DNA of 64,000 nucleotides from a virus. Below the pieces are notes generated by a model, which worked only from the letters and a program-made list of their open reading frames with translations, ran no database searches and was not told the origin of the DNA. A program made the translations under genes and the position numbers. The stretch spans positions 47,925-111,924 of IMG/VR virus record IMGVR_UViG_3300046820_000975. One strand, given 5' to 3'. Numbering within the stretch: position 1 is the first letter of the stretch; every line of letters starts with the position of its first letter. Shown here in pieces: positions 41,801-53,900 of this stretch.

Positions 41801-41944
41801 TCTGAAAGTTTAAATACGCTTGCAAAATTAGTTATGGAAAAAGCTACAGAATTGCAACAAGATACCACAAAAAGTAGTAACTTAGTAGTGGATACTTCCT
41901 CTATTTTAGATATGATAAAGGACGTACATTCTTGTAACCAATAA
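35801..41944 (+). CDS. Giant ejected protein (vRNAP-associated) with zincin and ParB-like domains
   Basis: 2047 aa; Gly/Ala-rich hydrophobic N-terminal third with EGLQENIQE; zincin MFHELIH...DEFLAEAFTNPEF; LDGNHRA. Confidence 0.75.
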   Translation: MADQLEPLSIQDAIKQATAPAGAQPKTNDFASSMNDVFNDANAKFTVPEDVPTSPLRAGGPGVQFYNADDAAKYQLQSDFDAWGFNPNNPANYDRMVAKEDWGSAISKGWDGLKTNFGNTYVGNFTGYGRMVDAIAHLDMSRLMDDESTMIDQAYAQKQMGNKNFVFVKPEEEDDIFGKKFVAESMQSAGFSLGTVAAFGTELLADALITAATAGGGIETFGASIAKFGARLGMETAGKAIGKGVSAVGKVAKGFTEVESLGKGALNAADKGLDVAGKLKGALTSPTIRKEVINDTFEAMTKTMAQLSNPSKIGEWSMKALEKTPLLGTGVKFGKTIRAAAKGGAGASELIGMGLGATRRVMQEYNMASTEANMEAVSSYSDTLDDMVRQYKASNGGDTPSELEFASMRNDAMKSAGANYKTNMSVLLAMNSLQFGNVLNKYGSANKFIRDFMMEGAEDVLAVEGKRILKQGAKEVVKEGVEQAGKQAAKEGVKEAVEQGVKQSFTKLYEKGALGTLGLVGQISRDFGKKEAAYQLGRSFVRNFAKFEALEGLQENIQEASGKAWRDYYAAKHDTAVKTIYDTFSDAIGDQMSKQGFRTFLSGALGGVLSHGPSMIINKTIAKAAEGANSLNYRNDPSQNPATQAQKALKENIANLNAMFEQTSSSTIDKSLFNFANQIHAGKEMTQAAAKNQQYEFTNGRDNALLSAVISAKQTGTVDVLARSFREMGNNMTAEQFENNFGISLSDTKYNSVEDFTNSIGDDIEKYSESIDDVKRNVGDLANPNLYKVGSKEYYLAIHKRRTQEEAVNIISYNMLRGEMTAERVQQLAQEVRANPVLAHSADYVMRVLHNGENLDAEIGNVQSEVTILNEQLKGEGLDPKLKADLEKQLELKKEHLVDLKIWQSYFDKSARKRTAGKESAVEYTSGKFVGKGKKSTFDDQGKLVQEFEPTSEELNDPEVLARFKKLLVNLNNQAGISVQMTDAQAREALSKVTDISRLNNDAKEYMQSVDVLYNPEAFEYATSRMLDGEIKFKINATLKQLSESTDNSIAMIILGYQITDPNEQRAIAQEVFDAVQKSNEYTKLIALIVDPNLGYQSGTYANELFQSLFKKLTDKVREISNRYDKSGATDISDTDYEAFKKDGTVPEDVKQRIAQMLYDRNPLTDKMKEVYDKHKEDIDKMVDALEEEFKRKRDAARGQKIYDNSANSYEGQASKRLYVMENDRRFAEDIEKYYETRDGQVGSLKEMVQKAIENPLTHPYIKEGLKKLVDKIGDDALVKFDSKQTIAPGYYDPKEHLVVLDPELVNSGNVSFEAVMFHELIHYFTSRELNKDTEFTQKIEKMYANAKVFMMANNISTNYYGMSNLDEFLAEAFTNPEFQSQLNKIPGDQGKTMWQSFLDALTKFLKEALNVNVTPSMLTDVMKAVQEFIDDPTYNGAVEFLKNKGLTDAEIQEFSRAEVLSIAEQEGYNKDQNPPASEDSLNKPEEIIPELQQAAEGLTGQETGAVAEIIPPTDSENMTAEEIERQATSLAENDVKENTEALERLTGKGQVGSTVTDVASNEMSGAPDMSQLLAGKLGAGATVNVPIKNGLVQITINDNNVYKEAYVFNVKDGVIVKATHVTRFKNSTEPTADKKTQVANPIETYNNLASNPAYKVDVRDDDKVKETPAQQTTTPDIQAKKAEIEKRREQEIKENVQLLDVNDVRRPNGAIGTQGFDPSTMKDLVKFISGKMGFAIPSELLDKKTDKLKPLIDYIIENQDIKAKILDYITSNPSEISVMPDDSIQFLDGNHRANLLNIIGSAVIPVINQTSKKQIDSKYDAELAALNTESTGEAAIALDEKVSTAPVVTGNIEVKGTEETGLQVVDTQTNTTVAKDIENLDEANKIAQSFNNSVSDVEVAKQILDKLMNGSATPEAIVAFCESAKNSLRSYNNMNKTDLKTLSEYANTPKGMELLTNLAKKKLGIQETKKKTAKVEKKETAAQPDLFNTTNETTNKDLTSESLNTLAKLVMEKATELQQDTTKSSNLVVDTSSILDMIKDVHSCNQ

Positions 41945-41968
41945 TTGCAAATCTGAAAGCATTTTTCT

Positions 41969-44900
41969 ATGTCTTGTGAAACGCAGATAAGTAAGTACAC
42001 TCACATTGTACAAGCCTTATTAACTCAGAACTTTAATGTATATAAGAGTTTTGACAACGCTGTTAAGTTTATTCTTTCTTCAGACTTAACACCTGAAGTA
42101 AAGAAATTAACTATTCATAACTTTGCTTACATATATGAGCAGTTAGATAACATAGTAAAAGCAAGTCCAGAAGTTAAAACATCTTATCTTGATATTGAAA
42201 ATACAGATAAGGTAAAAGAAGCTGTGCATCTTTTAAATGATACTGACCTTTACATTAAAGCAATGGAAGGTATCTTTAAAATTAAAGCTACTTCTCCAGT
42301 AACAGTTGAAGATATTCAAAAAGGGATTGATGATTTAACAACCCTTAAATCAATCAATCGTGCTACTGATCTTGCTGGTCCAGAAGGCATCTTGGCAAAG
42401 ATTAAATCTTATGTTGAGAATACTGCATTTGAAGATTTGGGAATGCGTAATAGCTTTGTACAAAGTTCAATTGATGCTCTTATTTCTGCAATTAATTATT
42501 TTACAGAAAGTCCTGTATATAACAATGGTTTAATTACTTATGTAAGATCAGAATTAAGCAAGCTTTCTAAGACAAGTGAGTATGTTCCTATTTCAGCTAT
42601 TAAAGATCTTGCTGAGGTTAGTTTAAACAATATGATTGTAACACTTACTAACAAAGAAATGTTAGAAGGTTACCAGCAAGATGATAAAGTATTTGTGTTT
42701 CTTCCAGATGGTACTGTTGAAGAAATGGACAAACGTTATATTAAAAGTATCAAACCAGCTTTACCTACATACTCAAATGATATTGGTAATGGCTTGTCAT
42801 ATTTTACTAATGAGCAATTAGATTCTTCTTTAGAAATGCGTCCTTCTGCTAATGGATATGCAGAAAGAAATGCATTTAAAAGTCGTTTAGAATCAATGGC
42901 TAATCCACAAGGTCAAGTTTCTATTCATGCTGTTAGATTAGGTGCTGCTGATAGACGTGTTGAACGTATGCAACAGTTATCTAAATCTGATCCTAACTAT
43001 GTTCAGTTAGCAAATCGTACACATGAAACTTATGAAACTGAAAGTCAGATTAGTAAACTTAAATCTGGACCAAATGAAGTAATCTTATCTGTTGCACGTC
43101 CTACGTCAGAAGATCAAGATATTGCAATCACTGGTGTTCTTTCAGAAACAGGAGATATCTTTAACATTTATTCAACTGACAACTATACATTTGTGTATAG
43201 TAATAACAAGACTGTTAAGGTAGATTTTACCAATCCTGATCACAGAGCATTGGTTAAACAATTAGCTGTAAGATTAGTAGATAATAAAAAGATTGAATTG
43301 ACAGATGCAGACTTAGCTAAGTTGGCAGATGCTCAAAGTAAGTATAATGCTTTTAAGAAGGATGTAATTGAAACACATGGTGAAACTTTAAAATTAAATC
43401 CATCTGTTGATATCAGTGATATCTTTTACAAACACTATTCAATTTTACCTTCATCTAGAACAACCAAAAAGCAACCTACATTAGCTGAACAAATGGAAGC
43501 TGATGATCGTTACTCACGCTCATTAGAAATCTTTAAGCGTAATGCAGATGGAACTTATACTCCAACAGGTTCTAAAAAAATTCCTTTTGTATATACCAAA
43601 TGGAACAATAATAGTGCATCGCCATTTATGCTTAACAGCATGTTGGCATCTGATGAAGTAATTTTTTATGCTGGTTCTTATTATTCACATGATGAATATG
43701 CGCGTGATGTTTTAAAATTAAACGCACGTGAATTAGATAAATTAGCTCAAGCAACAAAAGGTACAGAAAACAGTACTGCACTTGTAATTAAATTTGATGC
43801 TAAAGGTAAAATGACAGTTGATAATCTGATGAGGATTAAGCCAATGGCTGAAGCTGAACATTTTGCTTTGTTCATGATTAACTTTGGCGAGGCTGTAACA
43901 AAATCAAATCCTAAAGAACGTGCTGAAGCTGTTAAAGATTTAAACTTTAACAAGTATACATTCAAATCACGTAGTTTAAGTACAGTACTTGGTGGTGGTA
44001 CTTTATATTTTAATATCACAACTGAAGGTTCTGGGTTTACTCCAAGCATATCATTAAAGTATACAGGTTCAAATCCTGATATGCTAAATATAAATGATAG
44101 CAGAAACAGTTTTTCTGTTCCTTTACCTTTAGGGTTGATATCTAAAATGCATGATACTTTCATGGGTAAAAATTCTGACTTATTAAAACAAGTTCAGAAT
44201 GAAAATGAAACATTAAAAGTATATGATTTAAGTACAAAAGAAGGACTTGAGTCTTTCTATATGGCATTACCAGTTCTTGCTTCAAACAATACATTAGGTG
44301 CAAAAGGACGTAGCTTAATGACAAAGATTGCTGAAGCTAATACTGTCTTTGCTAAAGGAGTTGCAACTAATTATTTTAATGAATTAAGAAAACGTGCTGA
44401 AGCTGAAAAAGCAGCAAGCACAGAAGAAGATACCTCTGGTGAGAAAATTGTAGGCAACGTTTTAGCAGTAATGCAAAAAATGATGAGTGGTCTACAAGTA
44501 GAAGCAATGCTTGCAGAAAGTGATGGTAATGGTAATTTCCATCCACAAGTTGAATTTACAAATGCTAATAGTAGTTCTTACAAATCAGCATTTATGACTG
44601 GTGGTAATAACTTTAGATTAGTTAGTGCGCCAACTGTAACTCAACCTGTTATTGTATCTAAAGGATCTGTATTACCATATTCTGGTAAACCAGTTGTTGA
44701 ACCTGCACCTGTTAATGTAACACGTTCAGAAAAACCTACAGCTACTCAAGAAGTACCTACAACTCAAATTAAAACTGAGGAAGCTAAGACAGAACCTAAA
44801 GCTCCAGTTAAAGTTGGTAATAAAACTTTTACAAACAAGAACAATCCTTTCTCTTTAGCTAGTACTAAAGAAGGTGTGAGTGCTTCTAGTGAAGCAGAAA

Positions 44901-47900
44901 TACAAAGTGCTGTGTCATTGATTAAATCAATCTTGCCACAGTTTGATATTAACCTAGAAGATATGTCAGATGTAGTTGATTTAACTGCAATTGATGGTAA
45001 TGTCTTAGGTATGTATAAAGACAAAGTTCTTTATTTAAATGAGAAATTGAAAGTTGCTGGTGTACTTTACCACGAAGCTTTCCATGGTGTATTTAGACAT
45101 TTAATGAAGTATGAAAACCGTCGCGCTTTATTAGATGCTGTTATTGGTAATGCACGTAACAAGAGTAAGTTTACAGAAAAAGCGTTACTTGAATTTGGAC
45201 GCAAACGTAACTTACAATTAAGTTTAAGTGAGTTAAGAGATTTAGCTGCAGAAGAAATCTTAGCTGATGGGTTCAAAGAATATTTAACTAAGAAAACATC
45301 TACAACAAAAAAGAGTTTATTGACTAAGTTCTTTGAACTTCTTAAGAAGGTTTTAAATATGTTTAGTTCATCTAGAAAATTGATTGAACAAACATACGAA
45401 GATATTGCTACTGGTCATTACAAGCATGTTGCTATTCAATCAGGTATGTATGATGGAAAAGCTGCTTATGAATTAGTAGAAGGTATAAATGAGTTATCAT
45501 TAGATAACCCTGCTAATCCTGAAGATGTTTCTTACAAATCTAAAAGTTTAACTGTTGACCAACAAAATCAAATGATTTATATGGTCACAAGACATATACT
45601 TAATGACAGTCGTTCTGTATCATTTGATGAAAAGTTTGATGCAGCAACTAAGTATATACGTGAAGAAGTTTACAATGTTGATGCTATTGCTAGTAAATGG
45701 CCAGGGATGGATGTTACTGCATTTAAAGCTAAATATGGTAACTTATATTCTCAATACCAGTTCATGTTAGGTGGACGTATGTTTGGTATGAATATCAATG
45801 ATATTAACTCAACAGGTCTAGAAGAGAATAACAATATCGTTTTAGAAAACACAATTACAAATAGTGAAGGTGAGTCCATTGATAACACAATGGGTCAGTT
45901 CTCTTACAATCAAGTTAAACAGATGGTAAGTGAACATATGAAGAACCTTAACAATGATGTTCTAGAAGATGAAAGTGCCAGTGTGTCAACTGTGATGGGT
46001 GAAATGAATGGTGACAATTCAGAATTAACTGGTGATGAAAATGCATCAGATACAAATGACGAAGTTTCATCTGATCAATATGATAAGAATTTCTATGAGA
46101 TAAACATCTTAGATTCTGCACCTACACAATTCCGCAAGTTTTTGTCAATGATTCAACGTGATGTATTTGATCCTGAGTTAGGATGTACAGTACCTCACAT
46201 GATTGATGCAAACTACATGATGCCTATGTTGCTTACGTTGTCTTCTGACAATGTTCCAGCAGACATCGTAGACAACTTATACGTGCGTGCAGAACAAATG
46301 CGCGACAATGGATACATTACTCATGCTGATGATGTCACTGCTGTTTATAATGCAATTAAAGAATTGCCACAGGGATCACACATGCGTAACATGATTATTG
46401 ATACTCTACATGCTACTCAGATCGGGTATTTGATGTTCAATGTAACATCACCTACTGTATATAAGACAACAGCTGAGGAAGAGTCAAACATGTTAAAAGA
46501 CAATAAACTTAAGGTTACTTTACAAGATCGTATGACTGCTAACACAGCGCGTGAGTATAAGAATGGCCTTGTGTCTTCTATGATTCTTGAGTACAAGAAA
46601 AATAACAATCCTAAAAATCGTGCTGCATATGATGAGAAGATGAAGGATTTAAGATACTTGTTAAGTGATATAACTAATACAAAAAACATTCTTGGTGAAA
46701 GTAATCCATCTGCACGTCTAGATGAGTTTACTAACGAGTTGCATAAAGGTTTAGTTAGCATTGGGTTAAGTATTCCAAAATCAATGTTGAAACTATCAAT
46801 CATTGGTATTGAAATGCAAAACAATAATCGCAAGGATATACTAAGCAGATTAAGTGAAAAGCAATTAACTGAATATAATCTTGATAGTAATTACATTCAA
46901 GAAAACTTACACTTGGAAAAATCATTCTTTGTAAGTCTTTCCTCTATTATTCAAGGTGTACTTGATACGCATGAGTCATTAGAAAAGTTATTGGATGACA
47001 AGTCATCAGCTCAATACATAATCACTTTTAATAACATTTTAAGACGTAGTTCTACTTACATGTCTAAGTATGATCCAACTGCGCCAAATACAATCATCAA
47101 AAACGCAAGTGGTAAAAACATCTATTCTTTTGTAAAGTATACTCCATTAATGACTATTGCACAAAGTGTACGTCGCAATGGTTTAAAAGCTACTTTGGAA
47201 AACGATCCATACTTTAAACGTTTCTTGAAAGACTTCATTGGAAACAATCCTATGTTGGGTGGAGTTATGACTGGAGCTACTGATGAGCAAACTAAAAAAG
47301 TAGAATTGTTTTTAAAGAACATGCAAACAGTATTGTTTGGTGGTGTTCAACAAGGCAATAATAAAATTGTAAAAGAAGGTCAAACATTTAAAGACATTGA
47401 AACTGGTTCATTAGCAATCTTGAACATTATGAGTTTCATGGATCGTCAGCGTGAATTTTCTACTGATATATCAGGAGGTACTACAGAGATTCAAACGTTC
47501 ATGCGTAGCTATGGTCAGTTAGAAGCTTCACAAACAAACTTTATGGTTACTGGTTTATATGATCAGTATGTAAACGATAAAGGTGTAGTTGATAAATCTA
47601 AAATTAGTAACGCTTTACTTGGAGTTATTAAACAAGAGTATGAGCGTATTAGAAAAGAGTATGCTAACCGTGAAGAAAACAAAAGAACTCATGGTACAAC
47701 TGATCTTGCAACTGGTGAAGTAGTAAACAATGTTATTAATAACTACAATGGTAAATTAGGTGAAGATCGCGTATCAATTGATACTGATTCTAATAGTTTA
47801 CGCGCATACACTTTTGGTAAGTTAGCTGATTTCTTTAATGATAAAGATGACGTAAAACAATCATTGATTCAAAGTGCAAAAGAAAACAAAGAGTTTTCTG

Positions 47901-50900
47901 AGAATGATTTAAAATCAATTCAAGAAGCACTTGGAACATATGCTGAAAACATGTTTAAAAAGCATGTTGACAATTTAGTACGCAAAGGTGTAGTTAAAGT
48001 TAATACCTACAGACAAGCAAAAACATTTGGTGTATCTGGTAAAGCTGAAACATTTTTTACTCAAGGTGCTGGTGGTAAAGTAAAAACTACTGAAGTATTT
48101 GAAATACCATTATTACCTGATACAATTAAGTTAGGATATACAGATAAAACATCTGTTGTTAATCAATACGGTTCTCCTGAAAATGCTACCAAGTTAGTTA
48201 ATGATGATGGTGATACAATTGGTTCTGCAATTATGCCTAACATGAAAGGTTTACTGCAAGATGCGTTCTATAATACCTGGATTAACTCATTGGTATTCAA
48301 TGATATCTTTGATGGTGATGCTGCAATGAATATCAAAAATGCAGTTGACATGGTAAAACGTAATAAGAAATGGTTAGCTTCTGGAAGTAATATGAAAGAA
48401 GGTTACCACACTGTTGCGTACCTTGATACCATTTTAGGATTCATTCACCCAGTACACAGTACACATGGACCATATCGTTCAGAACAAGAGATCATTGCTG
48501 ATCCTAAGTTGACTGAAGAAATGCGTGCTGAAATTTTAGAAGATTTTAAAAAAGCAGTAAGTGGTCTTAAAGTAAAAGATCCAATCACAGGTAAAGTAAC
48601 ATTTGACTGGGGTAATACCATGCAAAAAATGTTTGATGGTCAATCAGTTAGTTTATTGATGCATCAAATGGATATGTTTGATACATTAGGACGTATGTCT
48701 GAAGATGCAAAACAAATCTTAATTGCAAAACATTATCGTCCATTAACTGAAGGTGAAGAAAGAACATTGGAAGCAATGAAGATTGTTCTTAATCCTAAGA
48801 AAACAGTTACTGCAGCTCGTACAAGTTACCATAAGTTGAGTGAAAACTTAATTGATCGTAATGATGTCAGTGTTATTAAACCTTCAAAGATGATTGATGA
48901 AATAGGTAATCCTGTTTCAATGAGTACAATCTATGAGGAGTTAGGTAAATTGTGGAACTTAGTATATGATAATCGTAAGTACTATCAAGAAGCATTGATT
49001 GCAGGTAATCAAGAAGATGCTAAACAGCACATGAGTGACATACAAAATATTATGACACTTATTCATGATTACTATGAACCAATCAAACATCGCCAGGAAT
49101 TACATGATATGTTAAATTCTATGGAGTATCACCAGATTGATCAGATCATGGATACTGAAGCTTCTAAGTGTGCTACTAAACTTCCATTAAACCACAGTGC
49201 TGCTCAACGTGATTCTAAAGGTTATATCAATCTTCCAGTATCAAGTGTTAAAGTAGAAAACAACTTTAAATACTTACAGGTAGAAACATCTGGTGTTCAC
49301 GATACAGCTAAATACTCAGTTCAATCTAAAGTATTAATTCCTGCTGATATCCAGTCATTGGCTGAAATTATCAGTAACAATATGATAAATGAAACTGGTG
49401 AACGTTTAAGCAAAGAAGATGAAGAAAAAATTAATGCTATTAGTGAAAAGTTATTAGGTGATTATGAATCATCTATGTACGAGGTAATGAATGCAAGATT
49501 TGAGTATTTGAAAAACATCATGCGTGGTGTTGTTAATCCTGAAACTGGTGAGTTAGAAGACAAAGGATTTAACACTGGTAAGATCTTTAATCTTATTAGA
49601 GAAAGTATGTTGAGTCAACGTGCCCCATCTAACGTTGTTAAATTATTTGAAGTTAATCCAGATGGGACAACTAAGTACAATCCAAACTTACCAGAAATTC
49701 GCAAGGCTTTACAGTATTATTTCTTCTCACAATATTCAAAACATGTAACTGATGAAAAAGGAGCTGGTGGTAAATCAATCCACGTAAGTTCTGTTGGTTA
49801 CAATGTACTTGAACAAAACGGTAATGTAATTACTACAGAAGAATACAAAAAGAATCCTGCTGCATATCAAGATGCATTGGTACGCCAGTTAGGTGTATCA
49901 GTTGAAGAAGAAATGGTTGATGGACAAATGATAAAACACTACTATGTTGAGTGTATCATTCCTATGCCACGTTTTGCAAGTGAGCAACATAAAGAAGTAT
50001 TTAAAGAACATTTGATGAAGATGTTTGGAACGCGTATTCCTACAGAGGATAAACGTTCAATGGTATCTTTAAAAGTTGTTGACTTTGTTGATAGTACAAA
50101 TGCAAACGCTATTATTGTACCTCAATTTGTACACTTACTCGCAGGTTCTGACTTTGACGTAGATGCTTTATATCAAAGAATGAAAGCAGTTTATGCAGAT
50201 GCTGCAGGAACTTATCATGCTTATGGTAACTATAACTATTACAGATCAAATCAAGAAGGTCAATTTGTAGAATTTATAAACAGTATTGCTAGCAGATCTG
50301 AATTCTCAGGATTAATATCTGCAGAAATGGATAAGTTGCGTGAACAAGACAGCATACTTCCAACTGAAGACGTTAGTAAATTACTTGAGTATATTGGATT
50401 CTTTGATCACGCTGATCATCATCATCGTGACATGAGCCTTACTGAATTGAAACAACGTCATGAGCTTGTGAAAGACATGTTGAAGGATCTTAAAGAATCT
50501 GCTAAAGAATACAATAAAGATGCTTCAGAATACTTAGACGCAATTCTTCGTGGTGAGATTGATTTAGGACCAGCTGGTGCAGGGTTACTTGAAAAATTAC
50601 AAAGCGCGCATGAAGTAAGCAAAGACATTGACCAAGCTTTAAGAGAGCGTAACGAAATCAGTACTGATAAACGTATTGCTTATGCTGCGTTAAAGTTACA
50701 AGCAACAGTAAATGTACTAAGCAAATATGGTATTCCTACAAGTCTTGAAAGTTTTAATGAAGATGGAAAGTGGGGAGGCATGGTTGCAGAAAAATTCCAA
50801 AATAAAAACTTGGATGCTACATTAAACATTCTTTCTAATGAATTAGTGTTTGATAACTTATATATCAATGAGCGTTCTAGTGTTGAACGTTTTGAAGATA

Positions 50901-53900
50901 TCATGGAAGCATTTGGTATCAATATGGAAGATGTTGCTACAAATATGAACCATTACACATTGGACTTTGCATTATATGCAAAAGAGATCAATGAAATGAA
51001 CAAAGATGGTATTGGTATCACAGCAAACCTAAACAAATTCTTAGCATTATGTAGCTGGTTTAATTTAGAATTATCAAATCCAATTTGGAGTTTTAATTCT
51101 ACAAATACTGCAGGTGAATTTGAAAGTCAATTAAAAAATAAGTTTGGTGCAATCAATGAAGAAAAGGTACGTACCATTGCATTGATTGGTAACATCTTAG
51201 GTATGTTTGCAGATGGTGCTAAAAAACCTATTCCTGCAGCATTACAAATGAACGAGATAAATGCTAATACAATCTTATCTATGGTTGGTATTGGTTTATC
51301 TCCTGAGTTTGCAATAGCATTTAACTTTATACCTGAAGTTAGAAAAGCAGTTGATACTGTTAAATACAGTCAGAAAGCATTACAAGAAAATGTATCTGCA
51401 AATACTGTTTATTTAAACAATGCTTTAAAAGAACAGTTGCTAGATTTATATGGAAGACAAGATTTCTCTGGTAAAACTGTATTGCAAAGTTTACAACAAA
51501 AAGGTGTATTTACTGCTGATAATCCTAGTAGTTACAGAGTGAATCCTATTAATAAATCAAATATTGTTATTGATTTTGCAGCAAGACAATTTGCAAATGA
51601 AACTGGAGGATTAGATGCAATGATGTCTAATACATTACCACTTAGCCAAATTGGATTTAATGTTAAAACAAAAACAAGTGAATTAACTGAAGATGAACAA
51701 AAAGCAATATTGCTAACTTACTACTATGATCAAGTTTCACAATCATGGGATTTATTAAGAAGTGGTAGTATCACTAATTTGTTTAAACGTTTGAATCCTG
51801 ATTTTAATGCATTTGATAAATTAAAACAAAACGTTGATGGATTACTTTCTGGTGATCAAACAATATTTACACCAGATTCATTAAATCGTTTAAAACTTGG
51901 ATACCAAGTTTGGAATGTTTTACATTCTACATTAAATGATTTAGATAATCAAGCTTCTAAATTATTCTTAGAACGCAGTGATGTAATGCGCCCACTAATG
52001 AATTCTTTCAAGGGTATGTTCATGCGTCCTGAAACAATGGCTGACGTTTTAGTTGGAACAATTGGTATTCAACACGTTGTAAATACATTACCTGGTTCTA
52101 TTAAGAGTCCTAATCCAGAAATTCAAGCAATGCTTGATGATTTAGATAGTACTATCAAAAATTCTTTCACTACTGAATACTGGTTTACACATAACCTTGG
52201 TGATGACTTAAGCAAACTTCAACAGAAATATCCTGGTAATAAGTTCTTAGAAATCTTACGTGAAGATCGTGGCTCTGATGTTATTAAAGGTGTAACTGTT
52301 ACAGGAATGGAAGTAGATGTACCAATGCGTTTTATCAGAACAATTGGTGGTTATGAATCTAGTGACCAACGCGTCAAAGATATTCATGATGATGCTGCTG
52401 CATTAATGCAAAACACTGATTCACGTTTGTTTATGAGAAAGTTATATTTCCATGAGCTAGCGCGTACTGGTGCAGGTTATGCTAAGAACTCATTCATGCA
52501 ATTCTTACCTACAGAATTAAAGAAACCTTTATCAGATAGCATTGGTGAATTTGTAAGAATCTTTACTGAAAATAGTAATGATAGAGAAGGATTGTTAGAA
52601 AACTTAAAATCTTATTTAGGACCTGAAGCTACAAACGAACAAGTATATGATATGTTTAAAAACATAGCATTACAAATGGCGTATGCTGCATCAAGAGAAG
52701 TAGGTAATACAAAGATCAAAGGTGTATCTCCTATTTCTTACTTTATTGATAAATCAGGTATTGAAGGTTCTTACACTAGTGGTCTTTTAAGAAACATGGA
52801 GATTGTTAAGAATTCTAAAGGTAACACTGATCTTATGGCAATGAAAGAAAGTGCCATTAAGTTAGTTGCAAAAACTTTTGGGATTGATCCTTCAAAAGCT
52901 GCTAGTGCAAAAGCATTTACTCCTAATGTTAAAACTTTAGGTGATTCATTCGTACTAAACATGGATGCATATCAAGATGTTTATAATGCAACTGAGAAAG
53001 CACAATTATCTATTGGTTACAAATTAGGTTTACGTTACAAGAGTGGTACATATACATTCCCATTAATCATTCGTGTTGAAGGTGGTACGTATATTTTATC
53101 AGGAACTGATAAAGCATCAAGCTCAGATTTAGGCAAAAACATTTTTAATGCTATCACATATACAGAAGCTGACTATACAAAGATGCTAATGGAAGGTGAA
53201 GATATTCAGTTAGGAATTCCTTTAAGTGGTTCTAAAGCTAAATATGAATTAATACCAACTGAGTATGTCAATTCAAATCTTAATCCTGTAGGTTTCAGTA
53301 AAGAACAAGCTGATGTTTACAAAAACCTAATGCAAAGAAAAACAAAGATTGAATTATCTAAAAACAAAGCATTAATTGCTACAGGTGAAAAGCGTATTGC
53401 TGATGAAGATATTGCTACATTCAATGCATTGGTTAAAACTTTAAAACGTTTACCACAAGAGTTCTCTACACGTGAGTCACGTTTTACAGAGTTCTATAAT
53501 CCAACAACTGGTTACAGAGAGAAGGCACCTCAATCTTCTATTTGGTTTAAGAATGAAAATGATTTATATGACTTGGTAGATAAAGAAGAAGGTGAAGTTT
53601 ATATTAGCAACGTTAACTTGTCTACTGGACGCCAATACAAAATAGCAACTCCAGAAGAAATAGCTGCTGCTAAAATGAATGTAGCTTCTGAAACTACACC
53701 AGCAACTATAGAAATCTTTGATGGTATCACAGCTTCTAAAATGGCTGCTAAAGAAGGTAAAGGTATTTATGCTATGACTGTTAACCCAGGTGAAAAGATT
53801 CCAGGCCTTACTGAGAAAACTCACTTTGGAAATCCTTGGAGTGTTGGTAACAAGAACAAAGAATTCAGTACTGATACTAATGAGGAAGCAGTAGCTAACT

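Noticed and set aside
41877-41891. GTAACTTAGTAGT as a promoter for the RNAP gene
   Set aside because: Weak match to the motif with no upstream TTTG; not counted.
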